Counted from the first letter of the stretch, positions 48,067 through 58,766 are shown. The stretch is 64,000 nucleotides of DNA from Patescibacteria group bacterium (GCA_036794765.1 DAIRGB010000001.1:11752-75751); one strand, 5' to 3'. Program-made: numbers and translations. Notes: a model not told the origin generated them from the letters alone.

Positions 48067-51000
48067 ATGACCGAATATACAAAAGAAGAATTATTGAGAA
48101 ATTTTTGTCATCTGCATGTGCATTCCCATTATAGCATGTTGGATGGGGTTGGTAAAATAGGTGATATTGTTGCGAGAGCCAAGGAATATGGAATGAAAGC
48201 GATTTCCTTGACTGATCATGGGACAATGTATGGAATTATTGAATTTTACGAGAAAGCTAAAGAAGCGGGCATTAAACCAATTTTGGGATTGGAGGCTTAT
48301 CTGGCTCCTCGGAAGATGACAGATAAAACACCGCGGATTGATAACGATAATAGACATTTGACTTTGTTGGCAAAAAATATTGCTGGATATAAAAATTTGG
48401 TGAGAATTACTTCAGCGGCTCATTTGCATGGATATTATTATAAGCCAAGAGTGGATTATGATTTCTTGGTCGAGCATAGCGAGGGGATTATTTGTCTGTC
48501 CGGTTGTCTTAATGGTCCGGTGGCGAAGGCAATGATAAATAAAAATAAAAGTGGCGCTTTGGAGCATATCACAAAATTAAAAAAAATATTTAATGATGAT
48601 TTTTATCTTGAGTTGCAGTGGCATGCAAATAGCGAGGATCAAAAAATTGCCAATGAGGGTTTGATTGGCTTAGCGAAAGAATTGAATATTCCTTTGGTAG
48701 CTACTGGAGACATTCATTATATTTATCCTGAGGACAATGAAGTGCAGGATGTTTTGGTTTGTATTCAGACTGGGAAGTTGTTGAGTGATAAAGATAGATT
48801 GTCGTTTTTGGACTATAATCTTTCGATGGCTTCTCCGGAAAAAATGTTGGAAGTTTTTTCACATGTGCCCGAAGCTTTGGCTAATACAGGCAAAATTGCA
48901 GATATGTGTAATACCGAGTTGGAGTTGGGTAAATATTTTTTGCCACAAATAGAAAAACCGGAGGGTTTTAAAGATGATTTGGATTATTTGGAGTGGTTGA
49001 CAGTAAAAGGGATGGTAAAGAGATATGGTGATCCAAAATTGGTGGAAAAAGATAATTTTGATCGGGAAAAAGTGTTACAAACTTTGGATCAAAAATATGT
49101 CGAGCGGATGAACTATGAGTTAGGGGCGATCAAGAATATGGGTTTTCCTTCATATTTTTTGATAGTATATGATTTTGTTCAATATGCCAAAAATAATGAT
49201 ATTATGGTTGGTCCTGGACGTGGTTCAGGGGCGGGCAGTATTGTTTTGTATTCATTGGAGATTACGGATTTGTGCCCAATAAAATATGGATTATTGTTTG
49301 AAAGGTTTATTAATCCTGATCGTATTTCAATGCCTGATATTGATTTGGATTTTGCCGATGATAAGCGGGGTGAAGTATTGAAATATGTATGTGAAAAATA
49401 TGGTGAAGATCGGGTGGCACAAATAATCACATTTGGAACCATGAAGGCCAGAGTGGCAGTTAGAGATGTGGGACGAGTAATGGGTTTTAGTTATTCTGAT
49501 GTTGATCGGATTGCCAAGTTGATCGATCCCAAGGGAAAATTAAAACAATCGTTGGAAACGGTTCAAGAGCTGAAAGATATCTATGAAAAAGATGCTGGGG
49601 TAAAAAAGTTGATTGATATGTCAATGAAATTGGAGGGGGTGGCGAGACATTTTGGAATGCATGCTTGCGGGGTAGTTATTTCTCCCGGTCCTTTGACTGA
49701 CTATGTGCCTTTGCAAGAAGCAACAAAAGGTGATACTAAAATGTTGAGTCAGTACAGTTTGCATCCGGTGGAAGTTGTTGGTTTGGTAAAAATGGACTTT
49801 TTGGGTTTGGCCAATTTGACTATTATGAAAAATGCTTTGCGTATTATTAGAAAAGTCTATGATATTGAAGTTAATCTAAATGATATTCCTTTTGATGATA
49901 AAAAAACATATGAGATGTTGGCCCAGGGTTTGTCTACAGGAGTGTTTCAGTTGGAAAGTCAGGGGATGAAAAAATATTTGCGAAAATTGAAGCCTCAGGT
50001 ATTGGATGATGTCATTGCTATGGCAGCTATGTATCGTCCGGGACCTCTCAATAGTGGGATGACGGATGAGTTTATTGATCGCAAAAATGGTTTAAAGAAA
50101 ATCGAATATTTTCATCCAAGTATGGAGAATGCCTTAAAAGATACTTATGGGGTGGTGATTTATCAGGAACAGTGTATGCAGCTTTCAAAAGATATGGCTG
50201 GTTTTACTGGTGGTGAAGCTGATACATTACGTAAGGCCATTGGAAAAAAAATTCCTGAGTTGATGGCCAAGGTTGGCAAGGATTTTATTGATGGATGTGA
50301 GAAAAATGGGATTAGTAAAGATACGGCTCAGAAAGTATTTGATGATATGGCCAAGTTCGCTGAATACGGTTTTAATAAGGCGCATTCAACTTGCTACGGG
50401 GTTATTTCTTATAAGACTGCATATTTGAAAGCGCATTATGCTCCGGCTTATATGGCGGCGGTTTTGACTTCGGAACAGAATAATACTGACCGGTTGACGA
50501 TTGTGATTGAGGAATGCGAGCGCATGGGAATCAAAGTTTTGCCGCCTGACATCAATGAATCATTTGTGGAATTTGGTGTGGTCAAAGAAACAAAAGATGT
50601 GCGTTATGCTTTGGCGGCGATAAAAAATGTGGGAGAGGGAATTTCGGAAGAAATAGTGAAGGAAAGAGGAAAAAATGGTAATTATAAGAATATTGGTGAT
50701 TTGGTGGTACGTACGATGCCACTCGGTTTGAATCGAAAGACTTTAGAAAGTTTGATAAAATCTGGGGCTTTGGATAGGTTCGGAACAAGAGCGGCAATGA
50801 TGAATGCAATTGAGCTGATTTTGAATTTTGGTAGAGATGCTGGCAAAATTAGAGCTTTGGGTCAGACAGATATATTTGCTGCGATGGGTACGGAGGAAAA
50901 AGATGATGTCAAACCGATGGAAATTGATTTTCCAAAACTGGAAGAAGTAAGTAAAAAAGAGTTGTTGGGTTGGGAAAAAGAGTTGATGGGGATGTATTTG

Positions 51001-51603
51001 TCCGATCATCCCTTGGGAGAATACAAGAATTATTTACGAAAGAAGGCTGTTGGTTTGAGAGATTTGAGTTTGGATCAGGAGGGAGAGAAGGTAACGGTAG
51101 GAGGGGTTATAACCAGGATACAGAAAATTATTACCAAAAAAGGTGATGCTATGGCCTTTACAACGATTGAGGACATAGGTGGTATTGTAGAATTGTTAAT
51201 TTTTCCCAAGGTGTTTAGTAAAAATCAGGAATTGTGGAATGAAGGCAATGTGGTTTTGGCTTCCGGAACTATAAGTACGAAAGATAATCAAATTAAGATT
51301 TTGGTGGATAAGGCAGAAGAGATAAATTTGGTTGAGGCTAAAAAGGTTTCGGACGAGGAAGTAGCTGAGATGGAAAAAGAGACGGAGGTTGCCGAATCAA
51401 TTTTTGTAATCAAGATACCGGAAGGCAGCAAGAAGGAGATTTTGGGGCAGTTGAAGGAAATATTAATCGCAAACGAAGGAAAGAATCAGGTAAGACTATC
51501 CTTGTTTGTTCAAAATAAGGAGGTGATTGTGGAGACAGATTTAAAAGTTAGCTTGACTTCTCAATTGAAGAATCAGGTTTACTTATTGTTGAATAATGGT
51601 TAA
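48067..51603 (+). CDS. dnaE: DNA polymerase III alpha subunit.
   Basis: PHP domain HLHVHSHYSMLDG. Palm GPGRGSGAGSIVLYSLEITD. OB-fold at the C-terminus. 1178 aa. Confidence 0.9.
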   Translation: MTEYTKEELLRNFCHLHVHSHYSMLDGVGKIGDIVARAKEYGMKAISLTDHGTMYGIIEFYEKAKEAGIKPILGLEAYLAPRKMTDKTPRIDNDNRHLTLLAKNIAGYKNLVRITSAAHLHGYYYKPRVDYDFLVEHSEGIICLSGCLNGPVAKAMINKNKSGALEHITKLKKIFNDDFYLELQWHANSEDQKIANEGLIGLAKELNIPLVATGDIHYIYPEDNEVQDVLVCIQTGKLLSDKDRLSFLDYNLSMASPEKMLEVFSHVPEALANTGKIADMCNTELELGKYFLPQIEKPEGFKDDLDYLEWLTVKGMVKRYGDPKLVEKDNFDREKVLQTLDQKYVERMNYELGAIKNMGFPSYFLIVYDFVQYAKNNDIMVGPGRGSGAGSIVLYSLEITDLCPIKYGLLFERFINPDRISMPDIDLDFADDKRGEVLKYVCEKYGEDRVAQIITFGTMKARVAVRDVGRVMGFSYSDVDRIAKLIDPKGKLKQSLETVQELKDIYEKDAGVKKLIDMSMKLEGVARHFGMHACGVVISPGPLTDYVPLQEATKGDTKMLSQYSLHPVEVVGLVKMDFLGLANLTIMKNALRIIRKVYDIEVNLNDIPFDDKKTYEMLAQGLSTGVFQLESQGMKKYLRKLKPQVLDDVIAMAAMYRPGPLNSGMTDEFIDRKNGLKKIEYFHPSMENALKDTYGVVIYQEQCMQLSKDMAGFTGGEADTLRKAIGKKIPELMAKVGKDFIDGCEKNGISKDTAQKVFDDMAKFAEYGFNKAHSTCYGVISYKTAYLKAHYAPAYMAAVLTSEQNNTDRLTIVIEECERMGIKVLPPDINESFVEFGVVKETKDVRYALAAIKNVGEGISEEIVKERGKNGNYKNIGDLVVRTMPLGLNRKTLESLIKSGALDRFGTRAAMMNAIELILNFGRDAGKIRALGQTDIFAAMGTEEKDDVKPMEIDFPKLEEVSKKELLGWEKELMGMYLSDHPLGEYKNYLRKKAVGLRDLSLDQEGEKVTVGGVITRIQKIITKKGDAMAFTTIEDIGGIVELLIFPKVFSKNQELWNEGNVVLASGTISTKDNQIKILVDKAEEINLVEAKKVSDEEVAEMEKETEVAESIFVIKIPEGSKKEILGQLKEILIANEGKNQVRLSLFVQNKEVIVETDLKVSLTSQLKNQVYLLLNNG

Positions 51604-51694
51604 ATATTAAGGAAGAAATATCTAAAACATTTGTATTGTAGGTAATTGTGTTATAATATTTAAGCATATAAAATCTTATTGTTGAGAGGAATTT

Positions 51695-52204
51695 ATGGAC
51701 TTAATCGCATATGTTGAAAAGGCTCAATTAAAGAAAAAGATTCCGGCTATTAAACCGGGCTTTATTGTGGCTGTTCATCAGAGAATTAAAGAAGGTAAAA
51801 AAGAAAGAATTCAAGTGTTTAAGGGAATAGTTATTAAAGTAAAGGGTGGGTATGGTTTAAATGCTTCATTTACAGTACGAAGAGTGGCGTCTGGTGTTGG
51901 CGTTGAAAAGACTTTTTTGTTTCATTCTCCAGTGATTGAAAAGATTGTGGTTTTGAAACAAGCGAAAGTACGTCGATCAAAATTGTATTATTTGCGGGGC
52001 CGTTTTGGCAAGAAAGCCAAACTCAATTTAACAGATGAAACCGGTGTTAATGTAGAGGAATTGATTAATGAGATTGCCGGAGAGGAACCAAAAGCAGAAG
52101 TCGTGAGTGACAAGGAACAAGTTGCTGGTGAAGAAAAAAATGAATTAGTTAATGAAGTAAAAGATAATAAGACGGAAAAGAAGGAGAAGAAGGATGTTGA
52201 ATAG
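51695..52204 (+). CDS. rplS: 50S ribosomal protein L19, with a charged C-terminal extension.
   Basis: AIKPGFIVAVHQRIKEGKKERIQVFKGIVIKVKGG...RRVASGVGVEKTF. Confidence 0.85.
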   Translation: MDLIAYVEKAQLKKKIPAIKPGFIVAVHQRIKEGKKERIQVFKGIVIKVKGGYGLNASFTVRRVASGVGVEKTFLFHSPVIEKIVVLKQAKVRRSKLYYLRGRFGKKAKLNLTDETGVNVEELINEIAGEEPKAEVVSDKEQVAGEEKNELVNEVKDNKTEKKEKKDVE

Positions 52205-52373
52205 ATTGTCTGAATTGCCAGGTTTTCTTGTTAGATATGGAAAATCTGTGAGATTAAACTTAATTGATGAAACTACTTTGTGTTCTGGATTATCAGATGA
52301 GGGTATTCTGGTTTTGGATGAAGAGAAAATAATTGATACTGTCGAAAATAAAGAAAATAAAGAAAAGAGATAA
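52194..52373 (+). CDS. Small hypothetical ORF of 59 aa. It is not in the ORF track because it falls below the length cutoff.
   Basis: ATG at 52194 preceded by an AAGGAG ribosome-binding site 8 nt upstream. It overlaps the rplS stop. Confidence 0.3.
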   Translation: MLNRLSELPGFLVRYGKSVRLNLIDETTLCSGLSDEGILVLDEEKIIDTVENKENKEKR

Positions 52374-52402
52374 AGGTTGAGAACGAGAAAGGGTTTAATT
52401 TT

Positions 52403-53011
52403 TTGTTTATGAGTGTTGGCTGGCGGGAAGAGAAGAGATTGTGGTGCGAAGGTTATCGTTATGTTGCCGGTTTGGATGAGGTTGGTTATGGGGCGTGGGC
52501 GGGTCCGGTGGTGGCAGCAGTGGTTGTGTGTAAGGAAAGTAGGTTGATTTACAAATTGGATGATAGTAAAAAACTTAAGATTAAAGATCGGGAGCGTCTG
52601 GCTAAAAAAATATATAGCCGGGCGTTTTTTGTTTCAGTGGGAGAAGCGTCAGTGGAAGAAATTGCTGATTTGGGTTTAGGTGTTGCTCGAGACTTGGCTA
52701 TGATTAGATCTTTAGAGGGTTTGGAAATTGAACCTGATTATCTGATAACCGATGCGGTAAATTTAAAATGGAAGGATAAACCATGTATGGCGGTGATCAA
52801 AGCTGATGCAAAAATTGCTTCAGTGGCTGCAGCTTCTATTGTTGCCAAGGTCCATCGAGATAATTTAATGAAAAGATTGAGCCAGATTTATAAAAGACAT
52901 GGTTTTGCCAAACACAAGGGGTATGGGACGAAATATCATCAGGAAATGATTTTAAAATATGGTTTGACTGGGCAGCATAGGATAAATTATAAATTGAAGT
53001 TTTTAGATTAG
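52403..53011 (+). CDS. rnhB: Ribonuclease HII.
   Basis: GLDEVGYGAWAGPVVAAVV. DDSKKL. Confidence 0.85.
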   Translation: MFMSVGWREEKRLWCEGYRYVAGLDEVGYGAWAGPVVAAVVVCKESRLIYKLDDSKKLKIKDRERLAKKIYSRAFFVSVGEASVEEIADLGLGVARDLAMIRSLEGLEIEPDYLITDAVNLKWKDKPCMAVIKADAKIASVAAASIVAKVHRDNLMKRLSQIYKRHGFAKHKGYGTKYHQEMILKYGLTGQHRINYKLKFLD

Positions 53012-53072
53012 TATTTTATTGAAGAAAAATTTTGTAATCAAATATTTTTCTTTTGGTAATCGAGATTTAAAT

Positions 53073-53468
53073 ATGGGGAATCAAACTGCAAAACAAATTT
53101 TAGGGAAATGGGGGGAGGAGCAGGCGAGGAAATTTTTGGAAGAAAAGGGTTTCAAGTGGATGGAAAGTAATTTCAAGTATAAAAAAGGGGAAATTGATTT
53201 GGTTATGAAAAACGGGGACGATTTGATCTTTGTTGAAGTAAAAACGAAAGTGGATGATTATTCCGGCGATCCGGCAGACAATGTGGACCGAAAGAAGATT
53301 CAGCAAATAGAGTGGGTGGTGGGATATATTTTGCAAAATATTCTGTTGAAAAATAATTGGGGATTTGATGATGAAGTAAGGTGGCAGATTGATATCGTTG
53401 CAGTTTATGGTGATGGAAGGCAGGTTTTTGATATAATGCATTATGAAAATGTTACGTTTTGGGAATAG
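53073..53468 (+). CDS. yraN: YraN (UPF0102) family endonuclease. The ORF track starts at a TTG at 53019. The ATG at 53073 is preferred.
   Basis: GEEQARKFLEEKGFKWMESNFKYKKGEIDLVM...FVEVKT. Confidence 0.7.
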   Translation: MGNQTAKQILGKWGEEQARKFLEEKGFKWMESNFKYKKGEIDLVMKNGDDLIFVEVKTKVDDYSGDPADNVDRKKIQQIEWVVGYILQNILLKNNWGFDDEVRWQIDIVAVYGDGRQVFDIMHYENVTFWE

Positions 53469-53562
53469 ATGCTATTGCTCAATTAATCGGTCTATTATTG
53501 TGTCATTGAAACATTGAAAATTTATTGCAAGTTATAAATTATAAATTGAAAATTAGTTTTTT

Positions 53563-54999
53563 ATGAATAAACAAATTGTAACCAGATTTGCACCCAGTCC
53601 GACCGGTTTTTTACATATTGGCAGTTTGCGTTCCGTTCTTTATACATATTTGGAAACCAGACGATTGGGTGGGAAGTATATTTTACGTATTGAAGATACT
53701 GATCGTAGTCGATTTGTCGCTGGAGCTATTGAAGACATGCGTGGAGTTTTGGATTGGTTTGGGATCGAATTTGATGAGAGTCCGTTTGTTGGTGGTCCCA
53801 ATGGTCCGTATATTCAGTCGGAAAGAATTGATGTTTATAAAAAATATGCTGAGGAGTTGGTAAAAAAAGGTTGGGCATATTATTGTTTTTGTACGGCTGA
53901 GGAATTGAAAAATGAGAAAGAATCTGGCTTGACGATGTATAGTCGTAAATGTAGTTCTCTTACTCCTGAGGAAATAAAAAGAAAAATTGATGAAGGCCTT
54001 TCATATGTGATTAGGTTGAGAGTGCCAAAAGGAAGAATGGTAGATTATGAAGATAAAATTTTAGGTTTTTTGAAGTTTGAATCGGATATGATTGATGATC
54101 AAGTTTTATTAAAATCAGATGGTTATCCTACTTATCATTTGGCGGTAGTTGTGGATGATCATTTGATGGGAGTAAATCTGGTGACACGGGCGATGGAGTG
54201 GGTATCGTCAACTCCCAAGCAAATTTTGTTGTATGAGGCTTTTGGTTGGGATTCGCCTGATTTTGCTCATTTACCACCTGTTTTGGGAAAAGATAAAAAG
54301 AAGAAATTGGGAAAACGAGATGGAGATACGGCAGTGACTGATTATATTAAAAAAGGTTATTTGAAAGAGGCCTTGATTAATTATTTAGTGATTTCCGGTT
54401 GGCATCCCAAGGACAATCGAGAAATTTTTTCTCTGGAAGAATTGAAAAATGAATTTTCGTTGGATCGATTGAATAAAGTGGGTAGTGCTTTTGATATTGA
54501 TAAATTGAATTGGTTTAATAAAGAATATTTAAAGAGACTTGATACCGATGAGATTTTGGAGAGATTAAAAGATGTAGTCTTGGATGATAGGATTTTGAGT
54601 TTGGATAAAGAATATTTGAAAAAGATTGTTCAAGTTGAAAAAACTAGATTAAACAATTTGTCAGAGTTAAATAATATGGGAGAATATTATTTTTCGGAAC
54701 CGAAAATTGATAAGGAAAATTTAGTTTTTAAGAAGAGTACAAAGGAAACAACAAAATTGGGTTTGGAAAAAGTGGTTGAGAAAATTTCTGGTTGTGAAAA
54801 TTGGGAGTCAGAGGAATTAAATAGATTGATGCAGGAAGTGGTGAAAGAAAATAATCTAACCAATGGTGATGTTTTTTGGCCAGTTCGTTATGCCTTGACT
54901 GGCGAGATGCAAAGTGCTTCTCCGGTGGAACTGGCTTGGGTGTTGGGGAGGGGAGAGAGCTTAAAAAGGTTACAAAATGTTATAATGTTTTTTAAATGA
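53563..54999 (+). CDS. gltX: Glutamate--tRNA ligase.
   Basis: RFAPSPTGFLHIGSLRS (HIGH motif). KLGKRDG (KMSKS-like motif). The size is typical. Confidence 0.85.
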   Translation: MNKQIVTRFAPSPTGFLHIGSLRSVLYTYLETRRLGGKYILRIEDTDRSRFVAGAIEDMRGVLDWFGIEFDESPFVGGPNGPYIQSERIDVYKKYAEELVKKGWAYYCFCTAEELKNEKESGLTMYSRKCSSLTPEEIKRKIDEGLSYVIRLRVPKGRMVDYEDKILGFLKFESDMIDDQVLLKSDGYPTYHLAVVVDDHLMGVNLVTRAMEWVSSTPKQILLYEAFGWDSPDFAHLPPVLGKDKKKKLGKRDGDTAVTDYIKKGYLKEALINYLVISGWHPKDNREIFSLEELKNEFSLDRLNKVGSAFDIDKLNWFNKEYLKRLDTDEILERLKDVVLDDRILSLDKEYLKKIVQVEKTRLNNLSELNNMGEYYFSEPKIDKENLVFKKSTKETTKLGLEKVVEKISGCENWESEELNRLMQEVVKENNLTNGDVFWPVRYALTGEMQSASPVELAWVLGRGESLKRLQNVIMFFK

Positions 55000-55074
55000 A
55001 CAATTAACAATGAATAGAGACATTTTTTCTGTAAATTATTAATTTTCTTTGTTAATTGTTTATTTTGTGTGTGT

Positions 55075-55145
55075 TCCGGGATCGTCTAATGGTAGGACAG
55101 CGGCCTCTGAAGTCGTCAATCTTGGTTCGAATCCAAGTCCCGGAG
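55075..55145 (+). tRNA. tRNA-Gln with anticodon CTG.
   Basis: Acceptor stem TCCGGGA pairs with TCCCGGA. Anticodon loop CTCTGAA. T-arm CTTGGTTCGAATCCAAG. Discriminator G. Confidence 0.75.
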
Positions 55146-56726
55146 TTTTCCTGAACGAAGCATCTTGTGTGAATGGCTATTGACCATATTGGTGCTTGAT
55201 GTCACCTGTTCGAATTTGTTTTTGGTATTTTCGGATAAAATTTCTATATTCGAATTTCGGAGTATATTGGTTAGCTTGGCTAACATTTCAAATGGTTTAG
55301 ATAGCTTTACAGATAGAATTCCGTTTTCAATTTTCATTTCATCAAAGAGGACTTTAAGTAGTTCTCTTTTGTTGTCTGGTAATCCATTTTCAAATATTAT
55401 ATTTGCCTGTTGAGTCAATTCATAAATTGAAATGCCAAGCTCGTAATAAGCATTTTCTTTTCTGGTTAGTCTATCAATGGCTCTGGAAATGTCTTCTTTT
55501 TCTTTCGTGAATTTTTGGTTTAATTCTTTGTAAGTATTATCAGAAATAAGACCATCTAATTTGTCTATGTATAAAGTGTCTAGTCTTTGAGAAAGTTTAC
55601 TGTATTGGATGTGAAGTTGTTTGGCTGATGCCTCCCTAGTGACTATTTCTTCTTTGTGGTCTTCTTTTAATGACATTCTAATCCATTCATCAATTTTAGG
55701 ACTGGTTATTTTGAATCTATCGGTAATATCTGAGACTTGTTCTTCGATTTCGGCTTGTTTTGCCCATGTTTTTTGTTGGCAATTATTTTTGTGATTGCAG
55801 TGACCATATACTATCCCTTTTTGGATTTCCCAAGTAATGGTCCCATTGCATTCTTTGCAGGTCATTAATTTTTGGAAGACATAATGGTGTTTATTGTATT
55901 TTGGAGTTGTTTTGGAAGTAAGGTTTAGTTGGACTTTTTCAAATACTTCTTCTGTGACAATTGGCTCATGTTTTCCAGGATATATTTCATTTTTCCAAAG
56001 GATTTTTCCACTATAGAATGGTCTGGTAAGGATATTATGAAGCGTGCTTTTTGCCATTCTTTTACCTTTAATTGTTCTGAGTCCTTGTTTAAACATGATT
56101 TGACTTAGTTTCTTTAAAGAGTAATTTCCTGTCGCATACAGTTCAAATAACTGTTTGATTAGAGGTGCAATATTTTCATCAATAACTTGGATTTTGTGAC
56201 CTTTTTCTCCTATAGTCTTGTATCCCATTGGTGCTTTATTTGGTAGCCAGCCTTGAGATATTTTTTCTTTAAAACCTTTTTGCACTTCTTCGGACAAATT
56301 ATTGGTGTAAAATCGGGCAATGGCGACTTTCATGTCCCAAACTAGATTTTCGTGTGCTTTGGTATTTTTATTGAGAACAAAAGATTCTTTGACAAAATGG
56401 ACCTCGTGTTTGGGATTGCTTTGGACCCAGTCATTGATAATTGCTGCGTCTTTAAGGTTTCTGGTTAGTCTGTCTATCTTTTCGCATACTATAACTGAAA
56501 TTTGGTTTTGTTTTAGATATTTTAGCATTTCTTGAAAGGTGTCTCGGATTTTTTTGCCACTGGCTGATTCAGAAATACTGAATATTTTGTTTATTCGGAA
56601 TTTATTTTGAGAATAGTCTTTTAATAGTTTTTCTTGAGCTGGCAAGGAATAACCTGTTTCTTCTTGGTCCTTAGATGACACTCGGCAATATAAGACGGAT
56701 TTTGGCATATTGTTGATAGTTTTCAT
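55116..56726 (-). CDS. Large serine recombinase (phage-integrase type).
   Basis: Resolvase catalytic domain VLYCRVSSKDQ...VIVCEKIDRLTRN. Recombinase domain. Zinc ribbon CKECNGT...CNHKNNC. C-terminal coiled coil. The 3' end overlaps tRNA-Gln. Confidence 0.8.
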   Translation of the reverse strand: MKTINNMPKSVLYCRVSSKDQEETGYSLPAQEKLLKDYSQNKFRINKIFSISESASGKKIRDTFQEMLKYLKQNQISVIVCEKIDRLTRNLKDAAIINDWVQSNPKHEVHFVKESFVLNKNTKAHENLVWDMKVAIARFYTNNLSEEVQKGFKEKISQGWLPNKAPMGYKTIGEKGHKIQVIDENIAPLIKQLFELYATGNYSLKKLSQIMFKQGLRTIKGKRMAKSTLHNILTRPFYSGKILWKNEIYPGKHEPIVTEEVFEKVQLNLTSKTTPKYNKHHYVFQKLMTCKECNGTITWEIQKGIVYGHCNHKNNCQQKTWAKQAEIEEQVSDITDRFKITSPKIDEWIRMSLKEDHKEEIVTREASAKQLHIQYSKLSQRLDTLYIDKLDGLISDNTYKELNQKFTKEKEDISRAIDRLTRKENAYYELGISIYELTQQANIIFENGLPDNKRELLKVLFDEMKIENGILSVKLSKPFEMLAKLTNILRNSNIEILSENTKNKFEQVTSSTNMVNSHSHKMLRSGKLRDLDSNQD

Positions 56727-56743
56727 TTTAAATGCTCCTAGAA

Positions 56744-57127
56744 TTAATAAAATAAAGAATTATTGTATTTAGTATGTATTTTTATTTTTGGATATTTTTT
56801 AAGGCAATTATTCAATATATGGGTGTCATAGCGGTTGCGTGTTAATCGAGATATATCTGAGCATAGCAGATGATTAATATTTAATTTATTCATTGTTTGG
56901 AATAATTCTGGAATTATTTTATCTTTTGGCAAGCCTGTAAATTTTAAAGAAGAGACAATTTGAAATTTTTGACCTAAATAATCAATTAAATTCTTTTCTT
57001 GAAGGGATAGTTTTTGTAGATTATCATTTTGTTTATGACAGGCGGAAAACGAGAAACAAATTGCTTGGTTATTCATAATGGTGTTTATTAGATAAATAAA
57101 AAAGGGGCAACCTACCTTGTTGCCCAA
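56744..57127 (-). pseudogene. Degenerate or truncated serine recombinase N-terminal domain fragment.
   Basis: 127-aa ORF with LLCSDISRLTRN, which matches the resolvase DRLxR motif. It lacks the RVS-type catalytic Ser context. Confidence 0.35.
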
Positions 57128-57341
57128 TCAATTAAACCACTAGAAGAGGATTAATTGTGGAAGTAGATTGCCCCGTTTTTGTCCACAAAGAACATAAAAG
57201 ACGAGTTCTCTTCCATGGTTTAATTAATTGATTGAGCAACACTTATATTGTATCAAGTAAAATGCAGGTGATACAATGTTGTTGTGATTCGAGTGTGGCA
57301 AAATTTCTTATCTATAATAGAACGAAATTTTTGCGACACTC

Positions 57342-58352
57342 TTATTTGTGTTCAGGCGCAGGATATTCTTCTGTAAATCGAGGGTGAGTATAGTCTAGTT
57401 CTGGGTAGAGGCAGTTTTTTTCTCCTCTGGTTTCGATAATAATTTTTTCGGAGATTAACTCCTTGTAGGCAGTATTGAAGGTTTTTTCTCCAATATCATA
57501 TCCGTATTCTTTGATTTTGCCGTAAAGTTGGGTTTTGTTCATTTTTTCAGTGTTTTTCTGGAGAATTTCGACGATTGCATTTTTAGAATCAATTTTTTTG
57601 CTGGTCTTGATTTCGTTGTAGCCAGCAAATTCAAAGTCTAGAAAATCCTCATTATTTTTTATTAGCAGTTTGAAACTATTAAGCTCTTGCTGTTGTCTGA
57701 GTTTAGTTTGTTCAATCTCTAAACTGTCTTCGACTTTCGTTACAGCCAAGTGACAATCTATGGATGCTAGAATATCGGATGAACCTCGCATGTTTTGGGA
57801 GTTGGAGGATTTATTGTGCATATTCTGTTTGCGATGGTGGTGGGTCACTATAACAGTGATACCATGTTTCGTCATTTTCTTTAGATAAGCAAATACCTCG
57901 GCCATCTTTTTTGCATCGTTTTCATCGGCGTTGTGTATTCTTACCAATGAATCGAAGATGACTACTTTGTAATCGTTTTCCAAACAATACTCGATTAAGG
58001 TTTGGCATACATTTTCTATTTTTATACCAAGTATTGAAGTGACGGATATTGGTAGTTCAGGGGATGTCTGTAGTTTGACGAATCTATCATGGAGCAGTCT
58101 TTCACCATTTTCTTCGTCTATAATTAGGATTTTGGATTGTGCGGTGCGAAATTGTCCAAAGACAATGTCTCCAATTGCTATTTTTTTGGCCATGTATAAG
58201 AATAGCCATGTTTTAAAACAACTCGGTTGGCCGGAGATAACTGTAATGCCATTAGTTGGTATTAGGTATTCTACAACCCAATTTAATGGTGGGAATTCCT
58301 TGGTTAATAGCTCTTTTAATGGAATAACGTGCTTGCTAAAAATGTTTGTCAT
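57342..58352 (-). CDS. RecA-fold ATPase (RepA/AAA_25-like) with a C-terminal winged-helix domain. It is a candidate replication protein of the element.
   Basis: Deviant Walker A SGQPSCFKT. Walker B KVVIFDSLVRIH. Conserved TVIVTHHHRK. Confidence 0.5.
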   Translation of the reverse strand: MTNIFSKHVIPLKELLTKEFPPLNWVVEYLIPTNGITVISGQPSCFKTWLFLYMAKKIAIGDIVFGQFRTAQSKILIIDEENGERLLHDRFVKLQTSPELPISVTSILGIKIENVCQTLIEYCLENDYKVVIFDSLVRIHNADENDAKKMAEVFAYLKKMTKHGITVIVTHHHRKQNMHNKSSNSQNMRGSSDILASIDCHLAVTKVEDSLEIEQTKLRQQQELNSFKLLIKNNEDFLDFEFAGYNEIKTSKKIDSKNAIVEILQKNTEKMNKTQLYGKIKEYGYDIGEKTFNTAYKELISEKIIIETRGEKNCLYPELDYTHPRFTEEYPAPEHK

Positions 58353-58766
58353 GATAACTCCTATAATTAAAATAAAATATTAGATATTTGGATACATTGA
58401 CGATTATTTAGGGAGGTCCTTTGCATCGATGGTCTTTTGTTTGTTGGTTATACATATTGAGTAAAATGCTTGAAGTTTTTATTAAAAAATCGGCAAGAAT
58501 TTTTGTATCTTCCAATGATAGCTTTTGGTTGTATTCTTCTTCTATGATTTTTTGGAGATTGAGAATGGTTTGTTCGGAGAGCATTTTTTTGCAATAAAAA
58601 ATAATACTAGCCTAAAGACTAGACTAGTATCAAAATCTAAGGAATTTAATTCGTGAAAACTCTAGAAAGTTCCAGAAATTTCCATCTTTTTTAATTTTTT
58701 CAACCATAAAAAAACTCTCATTTGTAATATCGAATGAGAGTAGTTATCTAGTTTTTTCTAATTTTT

